From NCBI GenBank assembly GCA_021771265.1, contig JAETPK010000001.1, positions 1 through 59,289 on the forward strand: a DNA stretch of 59,289 nt, written 5' to 3'. The notes under the pieces are model-generated. The model searched no databases, was not told where the DNA came from, and saw only the letters and a program-made list of their open reading frames with translations. The translations under genes were made by a program, and so were the position numbers. Shown here in pieces: positions 20,451-28,426 of the stretch (position 1 is its first letter; the number at the start of each line of letters is the position of its first letter). The DNA is from Oscillospiraceae bacterium. Its GTDB lineage: Bacteria; Bacillota; Clostridia; Oscillospirales; Oscillospiraceae.

Positions 20451-22215
20451 CCGGACGGCCCTGGGCTCCGAGGCCCTGGCCACGCTGCTGCGGCGCTGGC
20501 GGGAGGGGACCTTCGGCCAGCTGCTGGAGGACTGGCGGTGGATCCTGGCCCACACGAAGCGGTATAAATGGGCAGTGGTCTGTTATCTGGTCCTGGGCGT
20601 GGCCAGCGCCTCTTTGGGGCTGGTGTCGGCGGTGGCCAGCAAGTACGCCATCGACATCATCACCGGCTACCAGACCTCCCGTCTGGGCGCCATGGCGGCG
20701 GTCATGGTGGCATCGGCCCTGGCCAGTCTGCTGCTGCGGAGCCTGGTCTCCCGGGTGTCCGCCAAGGTGAGCATTTTCGTCAGCAACGATATCCAGGCCT
20801 CTGTGTTCGATAAAGTGCTGGACGCCGACTGGCTGTCCCTCAGCCGTTACAGCAGCGGCGACCTCCTCAGCCGCTTCAACAGCGATGTGAGCACCGTGGC
20901 CAGCAACGCCATCGGCTGGCTGCCGAACCTTCTGGTGAGCCTGTATACATTCATCGCCACGTTTTTCGTCATCCTCCATTATGACCGGGTCATGGCCCTC
21001 ATCGCCCTGGCCAGCGCGCCGTTTTTGCTGGTGAGCTCCCGGTATCTGTTGGGCCGCATGCGGCGGCACAACCAGCGGATGAAGGAGCTGGGCAGCCAGC
21101 TGATGGCCTATGAGGTGGAGACTTTCTATAATGTGGACACCATCAAGAGCTTCGGCATCATGGGCCAGTATGGCCGCGGCCTGCGGCAGCGGCAGGAGAC
21201 CTTCAAAAAAGCCAGCCTGGACTATAACCTGTTCAGCATCAAGACGGACGCGGCCATCTCCCTGCTGGGCTCCGCCGTGCAGCTGGCGGGCTTTGGGTAC
21301 TGCCTGTACCTGCTGTGGAGCGGGAAGATCGTCTACGGCACCATGACGCTGTTTTTATCCCAGAGTTCCAAGCTCTCCTCCACGTTCAGCAGCCTGGTGG
21401 GCGTGGTGCCCGCGTTTCTCACCAGCTCCGTTTCCGCCCGGCGCATCCGGGAGCTGACGGAGCTTCCCAAGGAGCCCCATATCTCCGGCAGTGATCTGGA
21501 TTGCCGGGGAGAGGGGGGCTTCGCCGTCCGGGTGGAGGACGTGGACTTTGGCTATGACCCGGCGGAGCCGGTCCTTGTGCGCTCCGCCTTCCACGCGGAG
21601 CCGGGGGAGATCGTGGCGCTGGTGGGCCCCTCCGGTGAGGGGAAGACCACCATGATCCGCCTGATGCTGGGCCTGGTCCGGCCGGACCGGGGCAGGGTGT
21701 TCCTGAAGAGCGCCAGCGGCCTGGAAGCGGAGATGAACGCGGAGACCCGGCACCTCTTTTCCTATGTGCCCCAGGGCAACACCATCCTCTCCGGCACCAT
21801 CGCGGACAACCTGCGCATGGTGAAGGCGGATGCTACGGACCAGGAACTGGAGCAGGCGCTGCGCCTGGCCTGCGCCTGGGAATTCGTGTCCCGGATGCCG
21901 GAGGGCATCCACAGCGGTGTGGGAGAGCGGGGCAGAGGCCTTTCCGAGGGACAAGCCCAGCGGCTTGCCATCGCCCGGGCCGTTTTGAAGGACGCGCCTG
22001 TGCTGCTGCTGGACGAGGCCACCTCCGCCCTGGATGTGGCCACGGAGCGGCAGGTGCTGCGCAACCTCATGACCGGGCGGCCCGACCGCACCGTCATCGT
22101 CACAACCCACCGGCCCAGCGTGCTGGGCATGTGCCGCCGGGTGTACCGGATCGTGGACCGGCGGGTGCGGGAGCTGGGCCGTGAGGAGTCGGAGCGGCTG
22201 TCCATGGATTTTTAG
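20431..22215 (+). CDS. ABC exporter (TMD+NBD fusion), no C39 peptidase domain
   Basis: Six TM segments, GPSGEGKTT, YVPQ, LSEGQAQR, LLLDEATSALD and TTHR. Confidence 0.92.
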   Translation: MTQPDHDRTALGSEALATLLRRWREGTFGQLLEDWRWILAHTKRYKWAVVCYLVLGVASASLGLVSAVASKYAIDIITGYQTSRLGAMAAVMVASALASLLLRSLVSRVSAKVSIFVSNDIQASVFDKVLDADWLSLSRYSSGDLLSRFNSDVSTVASNAIGWLPNLLVSLYTFIATFFVILHYDRVMALIALASAPFLLVSSRYLLGRMRRHNQRMKELGSQLMAYEVETFYNVDTIKSFGIMGQYGRGLRQRQETFKKASLDYNLFSIKTDAAISLLGSAVQLAGFGYCLYLLWSGKIVYGTMTLFLSQSSKLSSTFSSLVGVVPAFLTSSVSARRIRELTELPKEPHISGSDLDCRGEGGFAVRVEDVDFGYDPAEPVLVRSAFHAEPGEIVALVGPSGEGKTTMIRLMLGLVRPDRGRVFLKSASGLEAEMNAETRHLFSYVPQGNTILSGTIADNLRMVKADATDQELEQALRLACAWEFVSRMPEGIHSGVGERGRGLSEGQAQRLAIARAVLKDAPVLLLDEATSALDVATERQVLRNLMTGRPDRTVIVTTHRPSVLGMCRRVYRIVDRRVRELGREESERLSMDF

Positions 22216-22288
22216 GGAAGCGGCGCAGGAACTTGCAAAAAATGAAAATGAAACTGAAAAAATTATCCAATTCAACGCGGTTTTGAGG

Positions 22289-22317
22289 TTGCTGTTGAAA
22301 ACAGGTTGTGCTATAAT
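22289..22317 (+). promoter_or_regulatory. Extended -10 promoter for the SLH/VWA gene
   Basis: TTGCTG, 17 bp, TG-c-TATAAT. A stem-loop (GGCAG..CTCCGGCG/CGCCGGAG..CTGCC) lies in the 5' leader. Confidence 0.55.
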
Positions 22318-22414
22318 CAATTTACTTATATGTGGGCCTGTGCCCTTTGGCAGGTCCTCCGGCGAACCGGTGAACCGCCGGAGCTGCCGAACGTGTAAAT
22401 GGAGGTATCAAATC

Positions 22415-24706
22415 ATGCGAAAACACAGAGTCTTAGCGGGGATTCTGACTGTCATCATGCTGCTTGGCATGATTCCATCCGCCCTTGCGGCGGAGACAGC
22501 CGTCTATAACGGCCCGGAGCCGCCGCAGAAAACCTATACGCAGGGCGTCATTCTGGGCAAGACTGCCACGGAACTGAAAAACAATGAGACGACCCTGAAC
22601 CTGACCATTTCCGCTCCCTCTGATCAGAGCCCTGTGGCGGTGGAGTTCGTGCTGGACGGCACCAGCAGCCTGCACGGTGTTGTCAGCAGTACACAGTGGG
22701 TCCAGGATATGATGGATTCCATTAAAGCGAATCTGAAAGGCAAGCTGGACAATGTCTATGCGGGCATTACGGTGTTCGGCAAGACGGCGGAGGTTGCTAT
22801 CCCCATGAGGTTGGTGGCCGATGATGGCAGCAACTTTACTGTAAAGATGCTGCTGGATGCCATGGCCAAAATCGATGTGGGCAGCAACGTGGAAGCTGGA
22901 TTGAAGTCCGGCCTCGAGGACCTGGAAGGTGCGAACCTGCCCAAGAATACCAAGAAGTACATGGTCCTCATCACCGACGGCGGCAGCTATTTCTGGATGA
23001 ACGGCGATGAAGCTGTCAACAACAGCTACTATACCGGCGGAACGCCTGCGACCGCGTCTTTGATGAACAACGACGCCGCCGAGGGCGGCTACACCGCACT
23101 GAGGTCTCTGGCCGATATGCTGAAAGATCCGTCCGCGCCCACCGCGGGAACTGAGACCTACGGTGATGCCAGCGCCCATGAGCCTCTGGCCGCCGCGGTC
23201 CAGCAGATCAAGGATACGAAGGCATACACCAACTTTGAGACCGGCATTTACCGGGCCGCGCGGAAGCTGAATGAGATCCCCGGCGATGTGAACCTGTTCA
23301 CGGTTGGCCGTCCCTATTATGCGGATACGCCCTCCCTGTCCGCCCTGACGAAGCTGGCCGGCGAATTTGTGGCATATGCCGCTGGCAAGGACAAAACCGG
23401 CCTTTCCCGGAGCTTGGCCAGTACGAAGCTGGAAGACCTGGACGAAGTTTTGGAGCAGATCGTGGAGAAGATGAGCATCATCGTCCCCAAGGGCAGCACC
23501 GTTACCGATGTCATCGGCCGCACCCAGAGCGATAAGGGTGAGACCGAGGCCTACGACTTTGATGTCATCACCGAGGATGGCTTCACCCTGGTGGTAGGCG
23601 ACAAGACCTACACCGGCACCCGCGTGTCCGAGAACACCTGGTCCTTCGCCGATGGTTCCAGACTGGTCTACACCCCCGGCGCCAATGAGCACTTTGTCCT
23701 GACCCTGGGTCAGGATATCGTCCGCGGCGGCAAGGTGACGCTGCGCTATAACGCGGAGCTGGCTGAGTATGACGCTTCCAGTGGCCACCACGACGTGCTG
23801 ACCAACGTGGAGGCCTATCTGGATATTATCCCCACTGTGGGAAATGAGGGTGCGCGCTGCCGCTTCCCCGAGCCCAGCCTGGGCTACCGCTTCGGCGGCG
23901 GCGGTGGCGGCGGCGGGACCGTCATCCCTGATGAAGATCCCCCTCTGGCTGATTTGAATGAGAGCGACCACTACGCTTATATCATCGGCCGTAAGGACGG
24001 TCTGGTCCATCCTGAGGCCAACATCACCCGCGGCGAAGTGGCCACCATTTACTTCCGCATGCTCACTGACGAGTCCCGCAATGAGCTGTGGAGCCAGAGC
24101 AACCCCTACACCGATGTCCAGCCGGACACCTGGTGCAACGCGGCCGTTTCCACCATGACCCGCGCCGGCGTGATCGAGGGCTTTTCTGACGGCACCTTCC
24201 GTCCCTCCGCGCCCATCACCCGTGCCCAGTTTGCCACCATCGCCGTCCGCTTCTTTGAGGTGGTCTATTCCGGCGATGACAAGTTCACTGATATTGCCGA
24301 CCACTGGGCGAGGGATTATATCAACAAGGCAGCTGAGGCCGCCCTTATCAACGGCTTCTCCGACGGCACCTTCCGTCCCAACCAGAACATCACCCGTGCT
24401 CAGGCCATGGCCATCTTCAACCGCGTGCTGGGCCGTGCTCCCGAAAAGGACCACCTGCTGCCTGACGAGATGATCACCTGGCCCGACAATATGGATAAGA
24501 ACGCCTGGTATTACGCCAACATGCAGGAGGCCACCAACTCCCATGAGTTCGACATCGCGTACGACGCGGACGGTGAGCCCTACGAGGTTTGGACCGACAT
24601 CCTGCCTGTCCGTGACTGGGCGGCGTTTGAGGAGGAATGGTCCACGGTGAACTCCGCCGCCAACCCCGGCGAGGTCATCTCCGTTCCTGCAAATGCCCTG
24701 CCGTAA
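22415..24706 (+). CDS. Secreted VWA-domain protein with C-terminal S-layer homology (SLH) domains
   Basis: Signal peptide ending ALA-AE; VWA FVLDGTSSL...MVLITDG; Gly linker; SLH repeats ITRGE, GFSDGTFRPSAPITRAQ and GFSDGTFRPNQNITRAQ. Confidence 0.85.
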   Translation: MRKHRVLAGILTVIMLLGMIPSALAAETAVYNGPEPPQKTYTQGVILGKTATELKNNETTLNLTISAPSDQSPVAVEFVLDGTSSLHGVVSSTQWVQDMMDSIKANLKGKLDNVYAGITVFGKTAEVAIPMRLVADDGSNFTVKMLLDAMAKIDVGSNVEAGLKSGLEDLEGANLPKNTKKYMVLITDGGSYFWMNGDEAVNNSYYTGGTPATASLMNNDAAEGGYTALRSLADMLKDPSAPTAGTETYGDASAHEPLAAAVQQIKDTKAYTNFETGIYRAARKLNEIPGDVNLFTVGRPYYADTPSLSALTKLAGEFVAYAAGKDKTGLSRSLASTKLEDLDEVLEQIVEKMSIIVPKGSTVTDVIGRTQSDKGETEAYDFDVITEDGFTLVVGDKTYTGTRVSENTWSFADGSRLVYTPGANEHFVLTLGQDIVRGGKVTLRYNAELAEYDASSGHHDVLTNVEAYLDIIPTVGNEGARCRFPEPSLGYRFGGGGGGGGTVIPDEDPPLADLNESDHYAYIIGRKDGLVHPEANITRGEVATIYFRMLTDESRNELWSQSNPYTDVQPDTWCNAAVSTMTRAGVIEGFSDGTFRPSAPITRAQFATIAVRFFEVVYSGDDKFTDIADHWARDYINKAAEAALINGFSDGTFRPNQNITRAQAMAIFNRVLGRAPEKDHLLPDEMITWPDNMDKNAWYYANMQEATNSHEFDIAYDADGEPYEVWTDILPVRDWAAFEEEWSTVNSAANPGEVISVPANALP

Positions 24707-24734
24707 GCCCCTGCTGATCGCATACTGATGCTGA

Positions 24735-24765
24735 AAGGCCGCCGTGGAATTTCCACGGCGGCCTT
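24735..24765 (+). terminator. Hairpin/terminator after the SLH gene
   Basis: AAGGCCGCCGTGGAA-T-TTCCACGGCGGCCTT perfect inverted repeat. Confidence 0.65.
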
Positions 24766-24949
24766 GGGTTTATCAAAAAAGGAAAAAACCATGGGATAAG
24801 GGGAAGGAAGATAGTTACGAAAGAAACTCAGGAGGGGCGCAAAAAGTCAAAAAGGGAAAGGAAAAGGGAGAAAGGGTGGGTGCACTCCGGAAAGCTGAAA
24901 GCACGCTGAAAAAAACCCAAAATTTTGCAGCCTTCTTGTGCCGGGACGC

Positions 24950-24978
24950 TTGAATTTGCCAATGGAATGTGCTACCAT
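24950..24978 (+). promoter_or_regulatory. Probable promoter of the PqqD-peptide-kinase-rSAM operon
   Basis: TTGAAT, 17 bp, TG-c-TACCAT. Confidence 0.5.
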
Positions 24979-25084
24979 AACAGTAATTATCCTGACAATA
25001 GGAGTACTATGTCCGTTTGCGGAAAAGTAGTTTTTCCCAAGGGAACAAGTTTCCCGCTGTCATGGAAAAGGGGTGAAAAGAAAT

Positions 25085-25348
25085 TTGAAAGCGACAAGTG
25101 AAGTGGTCCTTCGGGAGATCGCTGGAGAGAATCTTCTCATCCCGGTCGGCCAGACGGCGCTGAAGCTCCACGGCATGATCACCCTCAGCGAGAGCGGTCT
25201 GCTGCTGTGGCAGCGGCTCCAGGAGGAGTGCACCGAGGAGGACCTGGTCAATGCCCTGCTGGCAGAATACCAGGTGGACCGGGAAACTGCCGCCGCCGAT
25301 GTGAAGGCGTTTGTCCATCAGCTGCGGGAAGTGGGGATCCTGACTTGA
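25085..25348 (+). CDS. Stand-alone PqqD-family RiPP recognition element (RRE)
   Basis: MKATSEVVLREIAGENLLIPVG...MITLSESGLLLWQRL...LLAEYQVDRETAAADVKAFVHQLREVGIL is a classic PqqD pattern. TTG start chosen from RBS spacing; GTG at 25073 is an alternative. Confidence 0.9.
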   Translation: MKATSEVVLREIAGENLLIPVGQTALKLHGMITLSESGLLLWQRLQEECTEEDLVNALLAEYQVDRETAAADVKAFVHQLREVGILT

Positions 25349-26001
25349 AACTGCAAAGAAAGCTCCGTGGGGCGTTTGCCGCGGTGCTGGCGGTCACGCT
25401 GCTTTTGCCGCTGGGCGGCTGCGGAAGGGAGCAGGAGGACGTTTCGTTTCCCTGCCTGCTGGCGGAGGACCGGCTCAGCGTTACATCCCTGTTTCAATAC
25501 TCCGGAGAAAATCCGGACTGCAGCAGTGAGGCCGGAGAGGAGATCGCCGCACTGGCGGTGACCAACCAATCGGAAGAGCACCTGACTTCCGCAAAGCTCA
25601 CCGCGAAGCTGGCGGATGGGACAAAGCGGGTATTCCAGCTGACGGATATCCCTCCGGGGCAGACGGTTTGGGCCTTTGACCGGGACAATGGCGGCTTCAC
25701 GCCTGCCAACACCTGCAAGGAGCTGAAATGCGAGGCGTCCTTTGCGGAGGAGCTGCCATTGCTGGCGGATCAGGTGGCCGTGGAGACGGCGGGCATCGCT
25801 GTGACCCTGACCAACCTGACGGACGAAGACCTTGCGGACCTGACCGTTTATTGCCACTGCCTTTTTGACGGGACCTATTTCGGGGGTTCGACGTACGCAT
25901 ATCCTGTGGAGGGCATTCCCGAGGGAGAGAGCGTTACCATCCAGGCGGAGGAATGCTATTTGGGTGAAGCAGCGGCTGTACGGGTGACCCGTAACAGCTG
26001 A
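25345..26001 (+). CDS. Hypothetical lipoprotein
   Basis: TTG start overlaps the PqqD stop; lipobox LLPLGG-C; two beta-rich repeats (LAVTNQSEEHL / VTLTNLTDEDL...IPPGQTV / IPEGESV). Confidence 0.65.
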   Translation: MKLQRKLRGAFAAVLAVTLLLPLGGCGREQEDVSFPCLLAEDRLSVTSLFQYSGENPDCSSEAGEEIAALAVTNQSEEHLTSAKLTAKLADGTKRVFQLTDIPPGQTVWAFDRDNGGFTPANTCKELKCEASFAEELPLLADQVAVETAGIAVTLTNLTDEDLADLTVYCHCLFDGTYFGGSTYAYPVEGIPEGESVTIQAEECYLGEAAAVRVTRNS

Positions 26002-26060
26002 GCAGATAAATTCGTTGCCGGGCGCGCGATCCACCGGCCGAAAAACGAGAGGAGAAGACC

Positions 26061-26327
26061 ATGAAGACATATGTAAAGCCTGAGCTCTATTTTGAGAGCT
26101 TTGAGTTGTCACAGCATATCGCGGCATGCGACTTGAAATTGAATCAAGAAAATATTTGGACTTGCAGTGTGGAGCTCCATACAGGTGACTCCAGTAGTCC
26201 CTTCTTTGGCGATATGGAGAATGAATTTGTCGGTGGATTTGTAGATAATACTAGCTGCACGAAAAAGTGCGAGATCTACTGCTACACCAACGGTGCCGGC
26301 AGCCTGCCCCGTCTGTTCCAGTCCTGA
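26061..26327 (+). CDS. Putative RiPP precursor peptide (88 aa, 5 Cys, C-terminal Ser)
   Basis: Strong GAGGAG RBS; leader MKTYVKPEL (YxxPxL RRE-binding motif); Cys at 23, 35, 66, 70 and 74; located between PqqD and the kinase/rSAM genes. Confidence 0.72.
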   Translation: MKTYVKPELYFESFELSQHIAACDLKLNQENIWTCSVELHTGDSSSPFFGDMENEFVGGFVDNTSCTKKCEIYCYTNGAGSLPRLFQS

Positions 26328-26333
26328 TCTCCC

Positions 26334-27209
26334 GTGGGCTTCTGCACGGAATACGGCATCGCGGATGTGACCGTCCGCCTGCATACCCCCAGGGAGGTCC
26401 AGTTGGCGGACAGCTTCCGCCCCTTCGTGGGAAGTGTCGGCGGCGAGACGGCGGAGGTATATCTCCGGGAGGTGGACCACCTGCCGGAGCTGACCGGCCC
26501 CGTGATGTTCACGGACATGGCGTTTTCCGTCTTCCCCAGGGATGGCGGTTACATTCGCCGCTACCACGACCGAAAAGAGCAGGACCGCCCCTACGCGGTC
26601 GGGGAAGCGGACTGGAAAAGCGGCCGGGAGACCGTGTCGTTCCTCTCCGGTGACTGGCGGTTTTTCTCCGGGAGCCAGAACTGCGTGTCCCATATCGCCC
26701 TGGAAGAGCTGCTGCTCTGGTATGACCGGCTCATTCTCCACGCCTCCTTTGTGGCGTCGCCCTTTGGCGGCATCCTGTTTTCCGGCCCGTCTGGCATCGG
26801 GAAGTCCACCCAGGCGGACCTTTGGGTGCGGCACGGGGAAGCCAGGCTCATCAACGGGGACCGTACCATCCTCCGGCCGGACAGCGGCCGCTGGCTGGCC
26901 TATGGCTCGCCCTATGCTGGTTCCTCCCGGTGCTACGTGAACGAAAAACACCCGGTGCGGGCCATCGTCCTGCTGGAGCAGGGCAGTGACTGCCGGATTA
27001 GCCGGCTGTCTCAGCCGGCGGCTTTCCAAAAGCTGTACGCCGGCACCACGGTCAACACCTGGAACGCGGCCTTTGTGGAGCGCGTCTGCGCGCTGCTGGC
27101 CCGCCTGGTGGCGGAGGTTCCGGTGTATGCCCTGCGGTGCACACCGGACCGGGCGGCGGTGGAGTGCCTGCGGTCCCACCTTCTGAAGGAAGATGCAAAT
27201 GGAACGTAA
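26334..27209 (+). CDS. HPr-kinase-like P-loop protein (putative peptide kinase)
   Basis: LILHASFV...GILFSGPSGIGKSTQADLW...INGDR...YGSPYAG, an HprK-related layout. Confidence 0.78.
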   Translation: MGFCTEYGIADVTVRLHTPREVQLADSFRPFVGSVGGETAEVYLREVDHLPELTGPVMFTDMAFSVFPRDGGYIRRYHDRKEQDRPYAVGEADWKSGRETVSFLSGDWRFFSGSQNCVSHIALEELLLWYDRLILHASFVASPFGGILFSGPSGIGKSTQADLWVRHGEARLINGDRTILRPDSGRWLAYGSPYAGSSRCYVNEKHPVRAIVLLEQGSDCRISRLSQPAAFQKLYAGTTVNTWNAAFVERVCALLARLVAEVPVYALRCTPDRAAVECLRSHLLKEDANGT

Positions 27210-28338
27210 AGAAGTGAATTATGAAGCGGCGCTGACCCAGTACCTGTTTCAAAAGGCGTCCCGGGCGCGGCTTCCCCTCAGCGGGACCTTTGAGCTCTCC
27301 CCGGTGTGCAATCTCAACTGCCGAATGTGCTACGTCCGCAAGACGCCCCAAGAGGTGGCTGCCCACGACCGCCCCATCATGACGCTGGAGCAGTGGCTGG
27401 ACATTGCCCGACAGGCCAAAAAGGCTGGGATGCTGTATCTGCTGCTGACCGGCGGCGAACCGTTCTTGTGGCCGGATTTCTGGAAGCTGTACGAACAGCT
27501 GACCGCCATGGGTTTCCTGGTGTCCATCAACACCAACGGCACCCTTATCGACGGCGAGGCCATCCGGCGGCTGCAAGCCGATCCGCCCACCCGCGTCAAC
27601 ATCACCCTCTACGGCGCCAGGGACGAGACGTACCGTGCCCTGTGCCGGGCAGACGGGATGTTTGACCGCGTAGACCGGGCCATCAGCGGCCTGCGGGACG
27701 CCGGCGTCCTGGTGAAGCTGAACTGCTCGCTGACCCCGGCAAATGCCAAAGATTTGGAAGCGCTCTGCCGGTACGCCCGGGAGCGGCAGCTGATCCTGGA
27801 AGTCAATACCTACATGTTCCCTCCGCTGCGCCGGGATCCGACCATGGTCGGGCAGAACCAGCGGTTCACACCGCGGGAGGCGGCCTGGTATCATTTTAAA
27901 AGGTATCAGTACCAGCAGGGGAATGAACGATACATTCGCTTTTTGAAAAACGCGGAGCGGGGCCTGATCGATCCCCCTGGTCTGGACGAACAGTGCGTGG
28001 ACCCGGTGGACGGAAAGATCGCCTGCCGGGCGGGAAACGCCGCCTTTTGGATCACCTGGGACGGTTGGATGACGCCCTGCGGCATGATGCCCACGCCGAA
28101 GGTGGATATCACGGCCCTCCCGTTTGCGGAGGCCTGGGCGAAACTCGTGCAGGAAGCCGAAGCGGTGGCGGTGTCCGGCGTCTGTCTGGGCTGCGCCAAC
28201 CAGGCCATGTGCCACGCCTGTGCCGCCATGGCCATGACGGAGACGGGCAGCGCGGGGGGCATCCCCACATATCTGTGCCGGATGGCGGAAGAGATGAAGC
28301 GTCTGGCGAAAGAAGAGCTGGCCACATTGGGCCAGTAG
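27199..28338 (+). CDS. Radical SAM protein with SPASM domain
   Basis: CNLNCRMC (CxxxCxxC), LTGGEP, NTNG; C-terminal Cx12Gx4C...Cx2Cx5Cx2C...C. Confidence 0.92.
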   Translation: MERKEVNYEAALTQYLFQKASRARLPLSGTFELSPVCNLNCRMCYVRKTPQEVAAHDRPIMTLEQWLDIARQAKKAGMLYLLLTGGEPFLWPDFWKLYEQLTAMGFLVSINTNGTLIDGEAIRRLQADPPTRVNITLYGARDETYRALCRADGMFDRVDRAISGLRDAGVLVKLNCSLTPANAKDLEALCRYARERQLILEVNTYMFPPLRRDPTMVGQNQRFTPREAAWYHFKRYQYQQGNERYIRFLKNAERGLIDPPGLDEQCVDPVDGKIACRAGNAAFWITWDGWMTPCGMMPTPKVDITALPFAEAWAKLVQEAEAVAVSGVCLGCANQAMCHACAAMAMTETGSAGGIPTYLCRMAEEMKRLAKEELATLGQ

Positions 28339-28426
28339 ATTCCCTTAACCTGCAAATCCATGTGAATATGATTTGCATTTGCATATAGATCAAGTAGATC
28401 AAGAAAAACCGAGGAGGTTCAATGCT

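Noticed and set aside
24776-24920. Purine-rich stretch and 69-aa ORF (24744-24953)
   Set aside because: Low-complexity A/G-rich promoter-upstream DNA. The ORF starts inside a terminator and has no RBS.
25009-25101. 30-codon ORF (MSVCGKVVFPKG...) upstream of pqqD as a second precursor
   Set aside because: SD spacing is only 4 nt, it overlaps pqqD out of frame, and it has no YxxP leader.
25085-28338. Lasso peptide or PQQ biosynthesis cluster
   Set aside because: No lasso cyclase, B2 protease or pqqB/C. The peptide is too long and lacks the PqqA ExxxY context, and the only maturases present are the rSAM and the kinase.
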